A DNA stretch of 55,206 nt from an uncultured archaeon (GCA_964599215.1 CAZRDV010000006.1:1-55206), one strand, 5' to 3'. Counted from the stretch's first letter, positions 8,967 through 18,315 are shown. Translations and numbers: made by a program. The notes: a model not told the origin generated them from the letters alone.

Positions 8967-9157
8967 AACCTGAAAGCAAACCAGGCCACTGAAAGCATTA
9001 TGAAAATAGCAGCCAGTATCAGGGAGATGTAAGAGGGTCCAAAGAACCATTCTCTCAGTACTTCTAATGAAAGAAGCAGACCAATAAAAAATCTCAGATA
9101 ACTGCCAGCAGCCATTTCAAGATTATGCCTGTAAATCTTTTTATTCTGCGTATACAA
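8963..9157 (-). CDS. Small 2-TM membrane protein
   Basis: Two hydrophobic helices; true start possibly at MAAGSY. Confidence 0.55.
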   Translation of the reverse strand: MYTQNKKIYRHNLEMAAGSYLRFFIGLLLSLEVLREWFFGPSYISLILAAIFIMLSVAWFAFRF

Positions 9158-9166
9158 AACTAATTT

Positions 9167-9544
9167 ATGATGTTTAGATACATACTGATAGTAATCGGCG
9201 TCATCCTATTTGCCATGCTCATTTATGGTCTGACGCTTGGCGAGACCTGCACCGAAATAGGCAGCTGTCGTGCCTGCTGGTCAACGGTGCCTGTCACAAT
9301 AACAAGCGAGCTTTGCCCTGATCCAGCCAAGCCATGCACAGCAGAGCCGTATCTTCAGCAGCACAACGCACTTGTAGATATGATATTGTGTGCATGTGAA
9401 CAAGCAGTGGCAGGCGATTATTCTGATACCGAGTTAAACAGCAATATAGAAAGCGCTGTCAAGGAGATGACCGGCTATACAGTCACCGCCAGCCAGGTAT
9501 GCGACCAGCCAGGCATGATCCTGACAAAGAGGTCATACAGCTGA
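9167..9544 (+). CDS. N-terminally anchored Cys-rich (8 Cys) extracellular protein
   Basis: Signal/TM segment followed by C..SCRAC..C..C..CAC..C. Confidence 0.7.
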   Translation: MMFRYILIVIGVILFAMLIYGLTLGETCTEIGSCRACWSTVPVTITSELCPDPAKPCTAEPYLQQHNALVDMILCACEQAVAGDYSDTELNSNIESAVKEMTGYTVTASQVCDQPGMILTKRSYS

Positions 9545-9587
9545 TTTCTAAGACTTTTATATTTAATTCCAGAGAATTATTAGCAAC

Positions 9588-9737
9588 GCCACCGTAGCTC
9601 AATAAGCTCCTTTTCTTTGTAAAGAAAAGTAGCTTGCAGTCAAAAGAAACTTTTCACAAAAGATTAAAGGGGCTGGAGAATGGCAGAGCATCTGTTTTGT
9701 AAACAGAAGGTTGGGAGTTCAACTCTCTCCGGTGGCT
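9588..9737 (+). tRNA. trnT: tRNA-Thr(UGU) with a 77-nt intron at D-loop position 16/17 (intron 9604-9680)
   Basis: Acceptor GCCACCG/CGGTGGC; spliced D-arm GCTC-AATTGGCA-GAGC; anticodon arm TCTGT-TTTGTAA-ACAGA; T-arm GGGAG-TTCAACT-CTCTC; relaxed BHB at the junctions; TATA-like element 9555-9565; CCA not encoded. Confidence 0.92.
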
Positions 9738-9778
9738 CTCGATTTCTTTAAGAAGTTTTCTGGGATGGTAATTTTTAT

Positions 9779-10147
9779 ATGACTACAGAACAGCAAGAAA
9801 TTATGGTCACGTTTGAAACTGAGGATATGAAGAGAAACCGTGAAGTCGGTGAATTTATCATAAGTCAAGGGTATGAAATTGATCCAGAGGCTCTATCTTA
9901 CAAAATCAAAATTTTCAATTATAAGGAAAGGAGTTTTTTGGGTATCCACTTTCAGCAAAGAACATCAAAGGCTGGTATTTTAAATCTACATGATGATTGT
10001 CCTATGCACGACCCACATGGATACTGGGAACTTGGAGCTGTTGATGAAGATAATCTACCCAACATGCAAAGTCTTGCAGAAGAGCTTGAGAAAAACTACA
10101 ATATTAAGGTAAAGGTAGGACTTGCTAAAAAACCAATTATCTGGTAG
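9779..10147 (+). CDS. Hypothetical protein
   Basis: 122-aa ORF directly downstream of the tRNA. Confidence 0.6.
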   Translation: MTTEQQEIMVTFETEDMKRNREVGEFIISQGYEIDPEALSYKIKIFNYKERSFLGIHFQQRTSKAGILNLHDDCPMHDPHGYWELGAVDEDNLPNMQSLAEELEKNYNIKVKVGLAKKPIIW

Positions 10148-10260
10148 ATTTAGAGACAGGGCCTTGAAACCCCCATTATGTATTACCTACTTCTGAGTGA
10201 CAACAAAACGAAAGGTTTAAATACATTTTCTTATCTATTGGTTTATCAGGTTAGCTAGAT

Positions 10261-10944
10261 GTGGTTATAATGAAAACAGAAATAGATGAAATATTGGACA
10301 TGGTCAACATCTGCCCCTTAAATATAAAATTCATCGGGGAAACGCTGGGAAGAGATGAAAACCATATTGAGGACCTGGCAAGGATATTAGAAAAACATAA
10401 GTTGGTCAGGCTGAACTATCCAATCGTAGGCAATCCCTTTCTAACGAAGATTAAAGGACATGATAATAATGGGAAAAAACTGATAAATCAGCAATCCGAT
10501 TTTATTATCCCGTATACTATTCCTTTTATAGCAGCTCCGGTAGTTATTCAGAAAAATAATAATGGAAAGAAAATAGTTCCATATACACTCCCTTTTATAA
10601 TAGATGTCCAGAAGCCTGATAATAACGGAAAGAAGGTGAAGAAAGAATCCAGTGATATTGTTCCCTATATGCTACCTGTTTTAACAGTTCAGAAGCCTGA
10701 GGATAACGGCAAGAAAATAGTGCAGCAAAAACTCAATAATATCGTTCCTCATACTGCTCCTGTTGTAGAAGCTGAGAATGATAACAAAAATGAGGTAAAG
10801 AACGAAGCAGAGAAAGAAGTGAAGGAAGGAGAGAATGAAGTAAAGAACGAAGTAGAAAATGAGGCAGAAAAAGAGGTAAAGAACGAAGTAAAGGATGAAG
10901 TAAAGAACGAATTCAGTACTGTACCTTATAGTATTCCTTTTTAG
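10261..10944 (+). CDS. Hypothetical protein: N-terminal winged-helix-like region, xPYxxP repeats and acidic E/K/N repeats
   Basis: KTEIDEILDMV...IEDLARILEKHKLVRLNYP; repeated NNGKK and IVPYTLPF-type motifs; EVKNEAEKEVK repeats. Confidence 0.7.
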   Translation: MVIMKTEIDEILDMVNICPLNIKFIGETLGRDENHIEDLARILEKHKLVRLNYPIVGNPFLTKIKGHDNNGKKLINQQSDFIIPYTIPFIAAPVVIQKNNNGKKIVPYTLPFIIDVQKPDNNGKKVKKESSDIVPYMLPVLTVQKPEDNGKKIVQQKLNNIVPHTAPVVEAENDNKNEVKNEAEKEVKEGENEVKNEVENEAEKEVKNEVKDEVKNEFSTVPYSIPF

Positions 10945-11010
10945 GCAATTCTGATGTCTCTTTCCACAAGTTTCTTAAGGTTTTCTGCGATGGTATTGGA
11001 TTGATTATCA

Positions 11011-12378
11011 ATGATTTCCAGAAAAGCCATTATACTGATTACTGTCCTGTTTCTCATAGGCTTTGCCATAAGGCTCTTTCCCATAAACACAGGGTTTCAT
11101 ATGTGGGACGAGTCTGTCTATCTTCAGCATGCAGAGATTATGTCAGGCTTCAGGCCAGAAGCAAATTATAATGAATTCTGGATAAGGCCTCCGTTGCTGC
11201 CTGTATTGTTTTCAATAGGTTATATTTTTAATCACTCTATCATAACGCTTCATGTTATAGTTGCCTTCTTTACAGCGCTCGGCATAGTTGCCACCTTTCT
11301 TCTGGCTAAGGAATTATTTAACGAGAAAATAGCTTTATTGTCAGCTCTCATATTTGCCCTGAACCCGCTGCACGTTTTGTTATCACGGTTTTTGCTTGTA
11401 GATGCCATGCTATCGTTGTTTTTTGCATTAACGCTCTTCTTTGCCTACAAGGCATTGAAGGCATTGAAATACTCCTTTTTAGCAGGAGGCTTTCTGGCAC
11501 TGGCTATTTTGCTTAAATTCACCTCGTTTATGCTTATTTTCCTGGTATTTCTATTATTCTTCCTATTCCAGAAGAAATCAGGTAACATAAGGCATGCGTT
11601 CAATATAATAACATCAAAGAAATTCCTGGCAGTGATATTTTCCTGTATTATTGTTCTACTTCCTTATCTTGTATGGGAGCAGTTGAAGTTTGGTTCCCCT
11701 TTCTATACATTCGTTAATGCAAGCGTGGTATCTGCTACGCCTTTATTCACTGTATACGATGTTTTCTTTACAGAGATTTTTGAATTCCTGCCATTCGTAT
11801 TGGTTGCCGGCATTATTTTATTCTCAATAAAAGCTGTTATGAAAGTGCATAAAGAGGATATATTTCTTGTTTTATGCGTTATCATCCCGGTTATCATAGT
11901 GCTGTTGATAATTCATATTGAAACAAGGTATTTTATGCCGGTTTTGCCATTTCTAGCTATAATGGCTGCCAAGGGATTCCTGTCCCTGCCTAAAAGGCAA
12001 TATATTTTCTGGTTTGTACTGCTCTTTGTTTCCCTGGGCTCTGTTTTTTCACTTTTCTCAGCATCTGCTATCCACTTCGATACAGAGGTATCATGGGAAT
12101 CAGCTGTTATGGATGCAGGGATATGGGTAAATAGTAATCTGCCAGATGATATCACTATTTACAGTAATTATGATTACCCGCCTATTGCTTATTATTCTGA
12201 TAGAAAGCTGATTGTTCTGGACAATATGGATGATGTTACCCAGGGCGCGTATATCATTACATCCAGTATAACAGATATAGAGCCTACAAAAGACACCCTG
12301 CTCAACAACGAAAACTTCAGCCTAATAGAAAGCTTTGATGACGGGTACGAAGTTGTATATATTTTCAGGCATGGTTAG
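11011..12378 (+). CDS. GT-C fold glycosyltransferase (ArnT/PMT, GT39-like)
   Basis: WDESVY, RPPLLP, LAILLKF, ETRYFMP; many TM segments. Confidence 0.88.
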   Translation: MISRKAIILITVLFLIGFAIRLFPINTGFHMWDESVYLQHAEIMSGFRPEANYNEFWIRPPLLPVLFSIGYIFNHSIITLHVIVAFFTALGIVATFLLAKELFNEKIALLSALIFALNPLHVLLSRFLLVDAMLSLFFALTLFFAYKALKALKYSFLAGGFLALAILLKFTSFMLIFLVFLLFFLFQKKSGNIRHAFNIITSKKFLAVIFSCIIVLLPYLVWEQLKFGSPFYTFVNASVVSATPLFTVYDVFFTEIFEFLPFVLVAGIILFSIKAVMKVHKEDIFLVLCVIIPVIIVLLIIHIETRYFMPVLPFLAIMAAKGFLSLPKRQYIFWFVLLFVSLGSVFSLFSASAIHFDTEVSWESAVMDAGIWVNSNLPDDITIYSNYDYPPIAYYSDRKLIVLDNMDDVTQGAYIITSSITDIEPTKDTLLNNENFSLIESFDDGYEVVYIFRHG

Positions 12379-12403
12379 GACAAGAGTGTAAAGAATCTGC
12401 ATG

Positions 12404-12592
12404 TTATGTTCCTTCCTGGGTGAGTTTTTCTCTTATCGCATTTTCTATTATATCTAGGGCGCTGCCTTCTTCGTATGTGGTTGTGGTTTTATCCGGAATA
12501 GTGGTTGTTACAGTATCGACAGTCTGGGAAACACATAGGCTTACTGTAATGATCAGGATTAAAACCAATGTAATTATAATTCCTGTTTTCAT
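12404..12592 (-). CDS. Small secreted Thr-rich protein, possibly a fragment
   Basis: Signal peptide ending VSLC, Thr runs; SD gaggtg upstream. Confidence 0.5.
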   Translation of the reverse strand: MKTGIIITLVLILIITVSLCVSQTVDTVTTTIPDKTTTTYEEGSALDIIENAIREKLTQEGT

Positions 12593-12594
12593 CT

Positions 12595-13416
12595 TTACAC
12601 CTCACTTTTAGCGATTGGGTCCCCGACCTGTATTAAAGTTTCTAATTCAGCCCTGTAAACATTTTCTGTGACTGTAAGATTAAGAATTGTGAGATTAGAT
12701 TCAGGCTCTTCTTTAATTGTAGTTGTTGTAGTTTCTTCTGGTACCTTCTCCAGTGTTGTAGTTGTTTCTGCTGGAATAGTAGTGGTAATAGATGTTGTTG
12801 TAGTTGTTGATGATGTAGTGGTCGTTCTTTCCTTTGGAATTGTAGTCGTGGTTGTTGTAGGCACTGTCGTTGTGGTTGTCTGAAATGGGTTGTAGGTCCA
12901 GAATTCTTCTACAGCCGTTTGACCATCGTTTGATGCAGTCAAAACAATGGCATCTATATTCTGGTTTTCGTCAAATCTCCTGAAAAGACTTAGAGATTTT
13001 ATAGGCAACGTGAAATCCTTGATCACGGAATTGCCAACTAATTTCTTGGCTGACCAGAAGAACGTTGCTATCTGTCTGTATTTGCCTGTTCCTTCATAAT
13101 AATCCCACCTTCCAGAATTCATTAGAAACCTTTCAGAATCAGTCTCACCTGTAACCTTGATAAATTCTTCAGAAAATCCCGTTTGGCCGCCTTTCTTCAG
13201 ATTTACAACCCCGTATAATACATTAACCGGTTTATCTGGCCCACCTGCGAGTTGAACCAACCAGTTATCCGTATCTGTGCCTATGGGCGTTATAGTGAAT
13301 TCAGCAGCGTAGACAACTTCAACTTCATCAAAGTCGTATACAATGCCTTCTGCAACTATTATAGAAGAGAATAGAAATATACACAGACCTGCAGCAACTA
13401 GAATTCCATATCCCAT
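12595..13416 (-). CDS. Secreted protein with mucin-like poly-Thr linker
   Basis: Signal peptide; TTTTTVPTTTTTTIP... tract; no C-terminal anchor. Confidence 0.7.
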   Translation of the reverse strand: MGYGILVAAGLCIFLFSSIIVAEGIVYDFDEVEVVYAAEFTITPIGTDTDNWLVQLAGGPDKPVNVLYGVVNLKKGGQTGFSEEFIKVTGETDSERFLMNSGRWDYYEGTGKYRQIATFFWSAKKLVGNSVIKDFTLPIKSLSLFRRFDENQNIDAIVLTASNDGQTAVEEFWTYNPFQTTTTTVPTTTTTTIPKERTTTTSSTTTTTSITTTIPAETTTTLEKVPEETTTTTIKEEPESNLTILNLTVTENVYRAELETLIQVGDPIAKSEV

Positions 13417-13472
13417 AATTAATTTTATTTTAGTGGTTTATAAAAATATATGATTCTTCTTAGACTTGTAAA

Positions 13473-13943
13473 TCATACAAGTGTTGCTACCCAGTCCCCG
13501 ATAGCATGGGTCACGATGATAACAAACACTGCAATAACCAGGTGCTCTGCAACTGCCTTGTAAGGCTTCATGTTCTGCTGCCTGGCCATGTGGAAGCTGA
13601 ATACCGCTATCAAAGACAGCCCCCATACAATACTGATAATTATTGCAAGGTCTGGCATAAGCAGGAAAGGAACTATGAATGTCAGTGCAAAGATGAATTT
13701 TGACAGGAAGGTCGTGGCTGTTGCTTCCCATATCTCCCTTGGCGTGTGCTTATTCTCTGATTCCTCAGAGATGTGAATGCCCAAGGCATCGGAAAGGGCG
13801 TCTGCTATGGCTATCACAAGCACGCCGCCGATGACAACAATCGCAGAATGTGTGCTTGAATGCAGCCCTACGATAAGCCCGAGCGTGGTAATGACGCCGG
13901 ATGTAAGGCCGAAGCTAAATCCCTTTCTGATAGAGAGCCTCAT
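13473..13943 (-). CDS. VIT1/CCC1-family (Fe/Mn) transporter-like protein
   Basis: GFSFGLTSGVITTLGL, AIADALSDALGIHISEE. Confidence 0.8.
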   Translation of the reverse strand: MRLSIRKGFSFGLTSGVITTLGLIVGLHSSTHSAIVVIGGVLVIAIADALSDALGIHISEESENKHTPREIWEATATTFLSKFIFALTFIVPFLLMPDLAIIISIVWGLSLIAVFSFHMARQQNMKPYKAVAEHLVIAVFVIIVTHAIGDWVATLV

Positions 13944-13982
13944 GATTAGTAATTATTATATAAGCTATAAAAGATTTTCATT

Positions 13983-14732
13983 CTATAACTCGCTCTTACT
14001 GAATAGATATGTCCCTATAAGAACAATTGAGATGCAAAATGCAGATAAAACAATGAAATCAACAAACAAAGGGAGAATAGAGATTCCTATTAACGAGCCG
14101 CGGAGCCCGTCTACGCCGTAAAAAAGAGGGTCAAAGTGAGCAATGGTCTGCATCCACGCAGGCGTCTGGTCTATAGGAAAGAATACGCCTGAAAGCATGA
14201 ACATAGGCATTATTAGAAAGTTCATGATCATCTGGAATCCGCTCATGTCGCTCATTCTCGATGCAATAGCCACGCCTAGCGAGACAAAGCTGGCTGATAT
14301 CAGCAGCATGAATACTATGGAAATGAACATGCCAGTTAAGCCGGCAAAGTGCACTCCTATTATTATAGCCAGTACCAGTATAATCAGGCCGTTTAGCAGT
14401 GCAGTTGTCGCGCCGCCAACTGTCTTTCCAACCATGATTGACAGGCGGGATATAGGAGCAACCAGTATCTCTTTCATGAAACCGAACTGCTTGTCAACAA
14501 TAACAGAGATGCCCGAAAACATTGAAGAAAAAAGCAGGGTCATCCCGATTATGCCTGGTATCAGGAATTCAATATAGCTTGCACCACCTACACCAGGCAC
14601 TATGCTGCTGAGCCCTGTTCCCATTATAGCCAGCCATAAGAACGGCATTGCAAGGCCGCCGATTACTCGGGACTTTGAGCGCCAGAACCTTATCATCTCC
14701 CTTAGCCATACAGTAAAAGCATCGTATATCAT
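13983..14732 (-). CDS. ABC-2 type exporter permease
   Basis: FLIPGIIGM, DKQFGFMKEILVAPISR, LSGVFFP, DPLFYGVDGLR; start moved to ATG 14732. Confidence 0.92.
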   Translation of the reverse strand: MIYDAFTVWLREMIRFWRSKSRVIGGLAMPFLWLAIMGTGLSSIVPGVGGASYIEFLIPGIIGMTLLFSSMFSGISVIVDKQFGFMKEILVAPISRLSIMVGKTVGGATTALLNGLIILVLAIIIGVHFAGLTGMFISIVFMLLISASFVSLGVAIASRMSDMSGFQMIMNFLIMPMFMLSGVFFPIDQTPAWMQTIAHFDPLFYGVDGLRGSLIGISILPLFVDFIVLSAFCISIVLIGTYLFSKSEL

Positions 14733-14736
14733 AATT

Positions 14737-15522
14737 TCACCCGCGGAAGCGCATTCTGCGTCTGTTTCTTTCAGTAATGCCTGCTTCTTCATCGCGTATA
14801 CGCCTTCCAGTGTAATGGAGAAAAACATCTTCCAGCGTCTTGCCTTTGTGCTTTTTTTTCAGTCTATTCGGGCTGTCCAGTGCAATTATCTTCCCGTGGT
14901 CGATTATTGCAACACGGTCACAAAGATACTCAGCCTCTTCCATATAGTGGGTTGTCAGTATTATGGTTACGCCTACCTTTTTCAGTTTCTTGATAAAATC
15001 CCAGATGCTCCTCCTGGTCTGGGGATCCAAACCAAGAGTAGGCTCGTCCAGAAAGAGGACTTTCGGCCTGTGCATAAGCCCTCTTGCTATCTCCAGTCTC
15101 CTTTTCATGCCGCCTGAGTAAGTTTTTACCTGCATATCTGCTTTTTGCGACAGGCCAACCAGCTTCAGGACCTCTGAGATTCTTTTTTTCCTTTTGCCCT
15201 TTTCTAGGTGGTAGAGTCTTCCATGTATATCTAAATTCTCTTGTCCTTTGAGCTCCTCATCAAGCGTTGGGTCCTGGAAAACAATGCCAATACATGACCT
15301 GACCTTGCTCTGTTCTCTTTCAATGTCATGCCTGCAGAGCCTTGCTGAGCCTGACGTAGGCTTCTTTATGGTTGCAAGCATTGATATCAGCGTGGTCTTG
15401 CCTGCACCGTTCGGCCCAAGCAGGCCGAATAATTCGCCCTTCTTAACAGCTAGGCTTACAGAGTCAACAGCTGTAAAGCTGTTGAAAGTCTTTGTAAGTT
15501 TATCTGTAGTTATAGAGATCAT
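14737..15522 (-). CDS. ABC transporter ATP-binding protein (DrrA-like)
   Basis: Walker A GPNGAGKT, YSGGM signature, FLDEPT. Confidence 0.95.
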   Translation of the reverse strand: MISITTDKLTKTFNSFTAVDSVSLAVKKGELFGLLGPNGAGKTTLISMLATIKKPTSGSARLCRHDIEREQSKVRSCIGIVFQDPTLDEELKGQENLDIHGRLYHLEKGKRKKRISEVLKLVGLSQKADMQVKTYSGGMKRRLEIARGLMHRPKVLFLDEPTLGLDPQTRRSIWDFIKKLKKVGVTIILTTHYMEEAEYLCDRVAIIDHGKIIALDSPNRLKKKHKGKTLEDVFLHYTGRRIRDEEAGITERNRRRMRFRG

Positions 15523-15669
15523 GTTATCACAGTACAGCTTTATTTATAAAAAAATCTTTAAATATTCTCTTTATCATGTTATAGCAGTCATGCATACTTG
15601 CTGTCTATTCAGGAAGTAAGAGTCAGTAAAAAGTATGCGTGGTTTATTCTCACGCACTTAGGTGATATA

Positions 15670-17097
15670 ATGGACACAGGCAAACTGAAAAAGAACATGG
15701 ACTTCGAATGGGAAATCCCGAAATCAGGCGAGATGAATGTTCCTGGAAGAATATTTGCAAGTAAGTGGCTTATCAATGAAATGGATGATAAGGTATGGGA
15801 GCAGGTAAGCAATGTTGCGTGCCTCCCAGGCATCCAGAAAGCTTCAATAGCAATGCCTGATGCTCACTGGGGTTACGGCTTCCCTATCGGGGGTGTAGCT
15901 GCTTTTGACCTAGAAGAGGGTGTTATATCTGTAGGCGGAGTAGGATTTGATGTCAACTGCGGTGTCACTACAGTCAAAACTAATCTTTCATTGGATGATG
16001 TCAAGCCAAAAATAAAGAAGCTGGTTGATGTACTGTTCCAGACAATACCTGCAGGCCTCGGAGAACGAGGCGAGATAAATCTGAGCAGAAGCCAGCTAAA
16101 TGAATTACTGGTAGAGGGTGCTCCGTGGGTTGTGAAAGAAGGTTACGGCACAGAGGAAGACCTTGACTATATAGAAGAGAACGGTTATGTGAACGGGGCT
16201 GACCCAGCTAATGTAAGTGAGACTGCTCTCAAGAGGGAGAAAAACCAGGTAGGCACACTCGGCTCTGGCAATCATTATCTTGAAGTTCAGTACATAGACG
16301 AGATATATGACGAAGGCACTGCCAAAAAATTCGGTCTAGCACTCAACCAGGTCGTCGTTTCAATACACTGCGGTTCCCGTGCTCTTGGCCATCAGATAGG
16401 AACTGACTATTTGAAAACATTGGCAGAGGCATCAAGAAAGTATGGCATTCCTATCAGGGAGCGCGAGCTTGTCTGCGCGCCAATAAACTCAAAAGAAGGC
16501 CAGAAATATCTTTCTGCAGTAAACTGCGCAATAAACTATGCCTTTGCGAATCGCCAGGTTATTGTTCACCTTACAAGAAACGCCTTTCGACAGGTCTTTC
16601 GCAATGCAGAGCTTCCGCAGCTTTATAATATTGGCCATAATACAGTGAAGCTGGAAAAGCATAGGCTAGACGATAAAGAAAAAGAGGTCTACGTGCATAG
16701 GAAAGGTGCAACCCGTGCTTTCGGCCCTAGTAGAAAAGAGCTTCCAAGGCCTTACCAGGGTGTTGGCCAGCCTGTAATAATAGGCGGTACAATGGGCACT
16801 GCTTCCTATATAATGTGCGGTACTGATTACGGTGAAGAGCGGGCGTTTGCGTCGACATGCCACGGCTCCGGCAGAACCATGAGCAGGATAAGTGCGAAAA
16901 AGAGGTGGCGCGGTGATAGGCTGGTAAATGAGCTGGCAGCAAAGGGAATAATAATCAGAACCCACTCATTTCCTGGCCTGGCAGAGGAAGCACCAGGTGC
17001 ATACAAGCCTGTTGAGGATGTTATTGATTCTGTCCACAATGCAGGCCTTGCAAAAAAAGTAGTGAGGATGCGACCGCTTGGCTGCATAAAGGGATGA
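15670..17097 (+). CDS. rtcB: RNA-splicing ligase RtcB
   Basis: MPDAHWGYGFPIGG, GFDVNCG, GSGNHY, HCGSR, HN, HRKGAT, CHGSGR, EEAPGAYK; SD ggtga before ATG 15670. Confidence 0.97.
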   Translation: MDTGKLKKNMDFEWEIPKSGEMNVPGRIFASKWLINEMDDKVWEQVSNVACLPGIQKASIAMPDAHWGYGFPIGGVAAFDLEEGVISVGGVGFDVNCGVTTVKTNLSLDDVKPKIKKLVDVLFQTIPAGLGERGEINLSRSQLNELLVEGAPWVVKEGYGTEEDLDYIEENGYVNGADPANVSETALKREKNQVGTLGSGNHYLEVQYIDEIYDEGTAKKFGLALNQVVVSIHCGSRALGHQIGTDYLKTLAEASRKYGIPIRERELVCAPINSKEGQKYLSAVNCAINYAFANRQVIVHLTRNAFRQVFRNAELPQLYNIGHNTVKLEKHRLDDKEKEVYVHRKGATRAFGPSRKELPRPYQGVGQPVIIGGTMGTASYIMCGTDYGEERAFASTCHGSGRTMSRISAKKRWRGDRLVNELAAKGIIIRTHSFPGLAEEAPGAYKPVEDVIDSVHNAGLAKKVVRMRPLGCIKG

Positions 17098-17135
17098 TAT
17101 CTAAAAAATTCTAAATGTTATATGGAGGGTTCTTA

Positions 17136-18026
17136 ATGGAAGATAATATAAAGGCTTATAGCTTTGCGCTGATAGCTTCGCTGATTGTAGGAATAACAGT
17201 TGTAATGATAAAAATGATTCTGCAGGACATTAACCAGCTCTCGACCATAGTATACTCTCACTTTTTCGGTTTTGTTGGCTCCATGATATTCATGACATTC
17301 ATAAGGAAGCGTAAGTGGCTAAGGCCTTTCAGAGAGCACTGGAAGCATATGTCTTTGTATGCTCTTTTTTCTGTAATCGGACTCATAACACTGACCTACT
17401 CGATAGACGCAATAGGCCCAAGCCTGACCTCATTTCTTACAAGGTTCGTAATGATATTTACTGTAATGATTGGCTTCTTCTTCCTCAAGGAGAGGTTCAA
17501 CAAGCCTGAGGTTGTTGGTATGATAATAGCAGTAATCGGTGCGTTTATGATAACATACACAACAGACCAGGTTATACTGATGTGGTCTGTTCTTGTTATC
17601 GGGGTGTGCGCATTGCTTGCCTTCTCCCAGCTAATAGTGAAGATGCACATAAAGAAGATAGACTACTTTGTATTGAACCATATAAGGATTGTGTCCAGTT
17701 TCTTTATCGTAACTGTTTTAGCGATTGTGACATCGAGCCTGCAGGCGCCATCTGTAAGCAACCTTATCATGTGCTTCATAGTAGGCATAGGGAACGGTAT
17801 CATTGGATTCGGCCTTTTCTATAAAGCACTGGAGATTGCAGAGATGTCAAAGGTAAATATAATAAGGGTAGCTGACCCGTTCCTTGTTGTATTGTTTTCG
17901 TTCATATTGCTGAGCAGCATACCCACAACACTGCAGCTCCTGGGCGGTCTGGTGATAGCGCTAGGAGTGGCCGTAATTGTCATCGCAAGGCAAAAACCAA
18001 AGATAGTAGAGAGATGGGTCACGTAG
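17136..18026 (+). CDS. DMT/EamA family transporter
   Basis: About ten TM segments in two repeats; FFLKER motif. Confidence 0.85.
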   Translation: MEDNIKAYSFALIASLIVGITVVMIKMILQDINQLSTIVYSHFFGFVGSMIFMTFIRKRKWLRPFREHWKHMSLYALFSVIGLITLTYSIDAIGPSLTSFLTRFVMIFTVMIGFFFLKERFNKPEVVGMIIAVIGAFMITYTTDQVILMWSVLVIGVCALLAFSQLIVKMHIKKIDYFVLNHIRIVSSFFIVTVLAIVTSSLQAPSVSNLIMCFIVGIGNGIIGFGLFYKALEIAEMSKVNIIRVADPFLVVLFSFILLSSIPTTLQLLGGLVIALGVAVIVIARQKPKIVERWVT

Positions 18027-18084
18027 CTGTAATTATCAGGCCGGTGAAAGAATCTTTAAAAATGATTTAATTTAATGAACTAAT

Positions 18085-18315
18085 ATGTGGGATACAATAG
18101 CTCAGATTGCAATACTTATCCTGGGAGCCTGCGCTATCATTCTAGTTGCTAAGAAGAATAAATGGGGGTTTGTGATTGGGTTACTATCCCAGCCGTTCTG
18201 GTTTATCACCTCGTTTATCAACCAACAATGGGGAGTGTTTTTCGTGAGTATTGTTTTTACCATGTCTTGGGCATTCGGGATATACGAATGGTTTTTTAGA
18301 AATAAGAAAAAATAA
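18085..18315 (+). CDS. Small PnuC-like/SemiSWEET-like 3-TM membrane protein
   Basis: KWGFVIGLLSQPFW...GIYEW. Confidence 0.65.
   Translation: MWDTIAQIAILILGACAIILVAKKNKWGFVIGLLSQPFWFITSFINQQWGVFFVSIVFTMSWAFGIYEWFFRNKKK

Noticed and set aside
10790-10910. Repeated gaagtaaagaacga units as a CRISPR array
   Set aside because: In-frame coding repeats (EVKNE) with no unique spacers, and no cas genes.
9738-13416. Integrated element at the tRNA-Thr 3' end
   Set aside because: No integrase, and no duplicated tRNA 3' end (att site) was seen in the window.
15670-17097. Functional clustering of rtcB with the intron-containing tRNA
   Set aside because: They are 6 kb apart with unrelated genes between; RtcB is a general housekeeping ligase.
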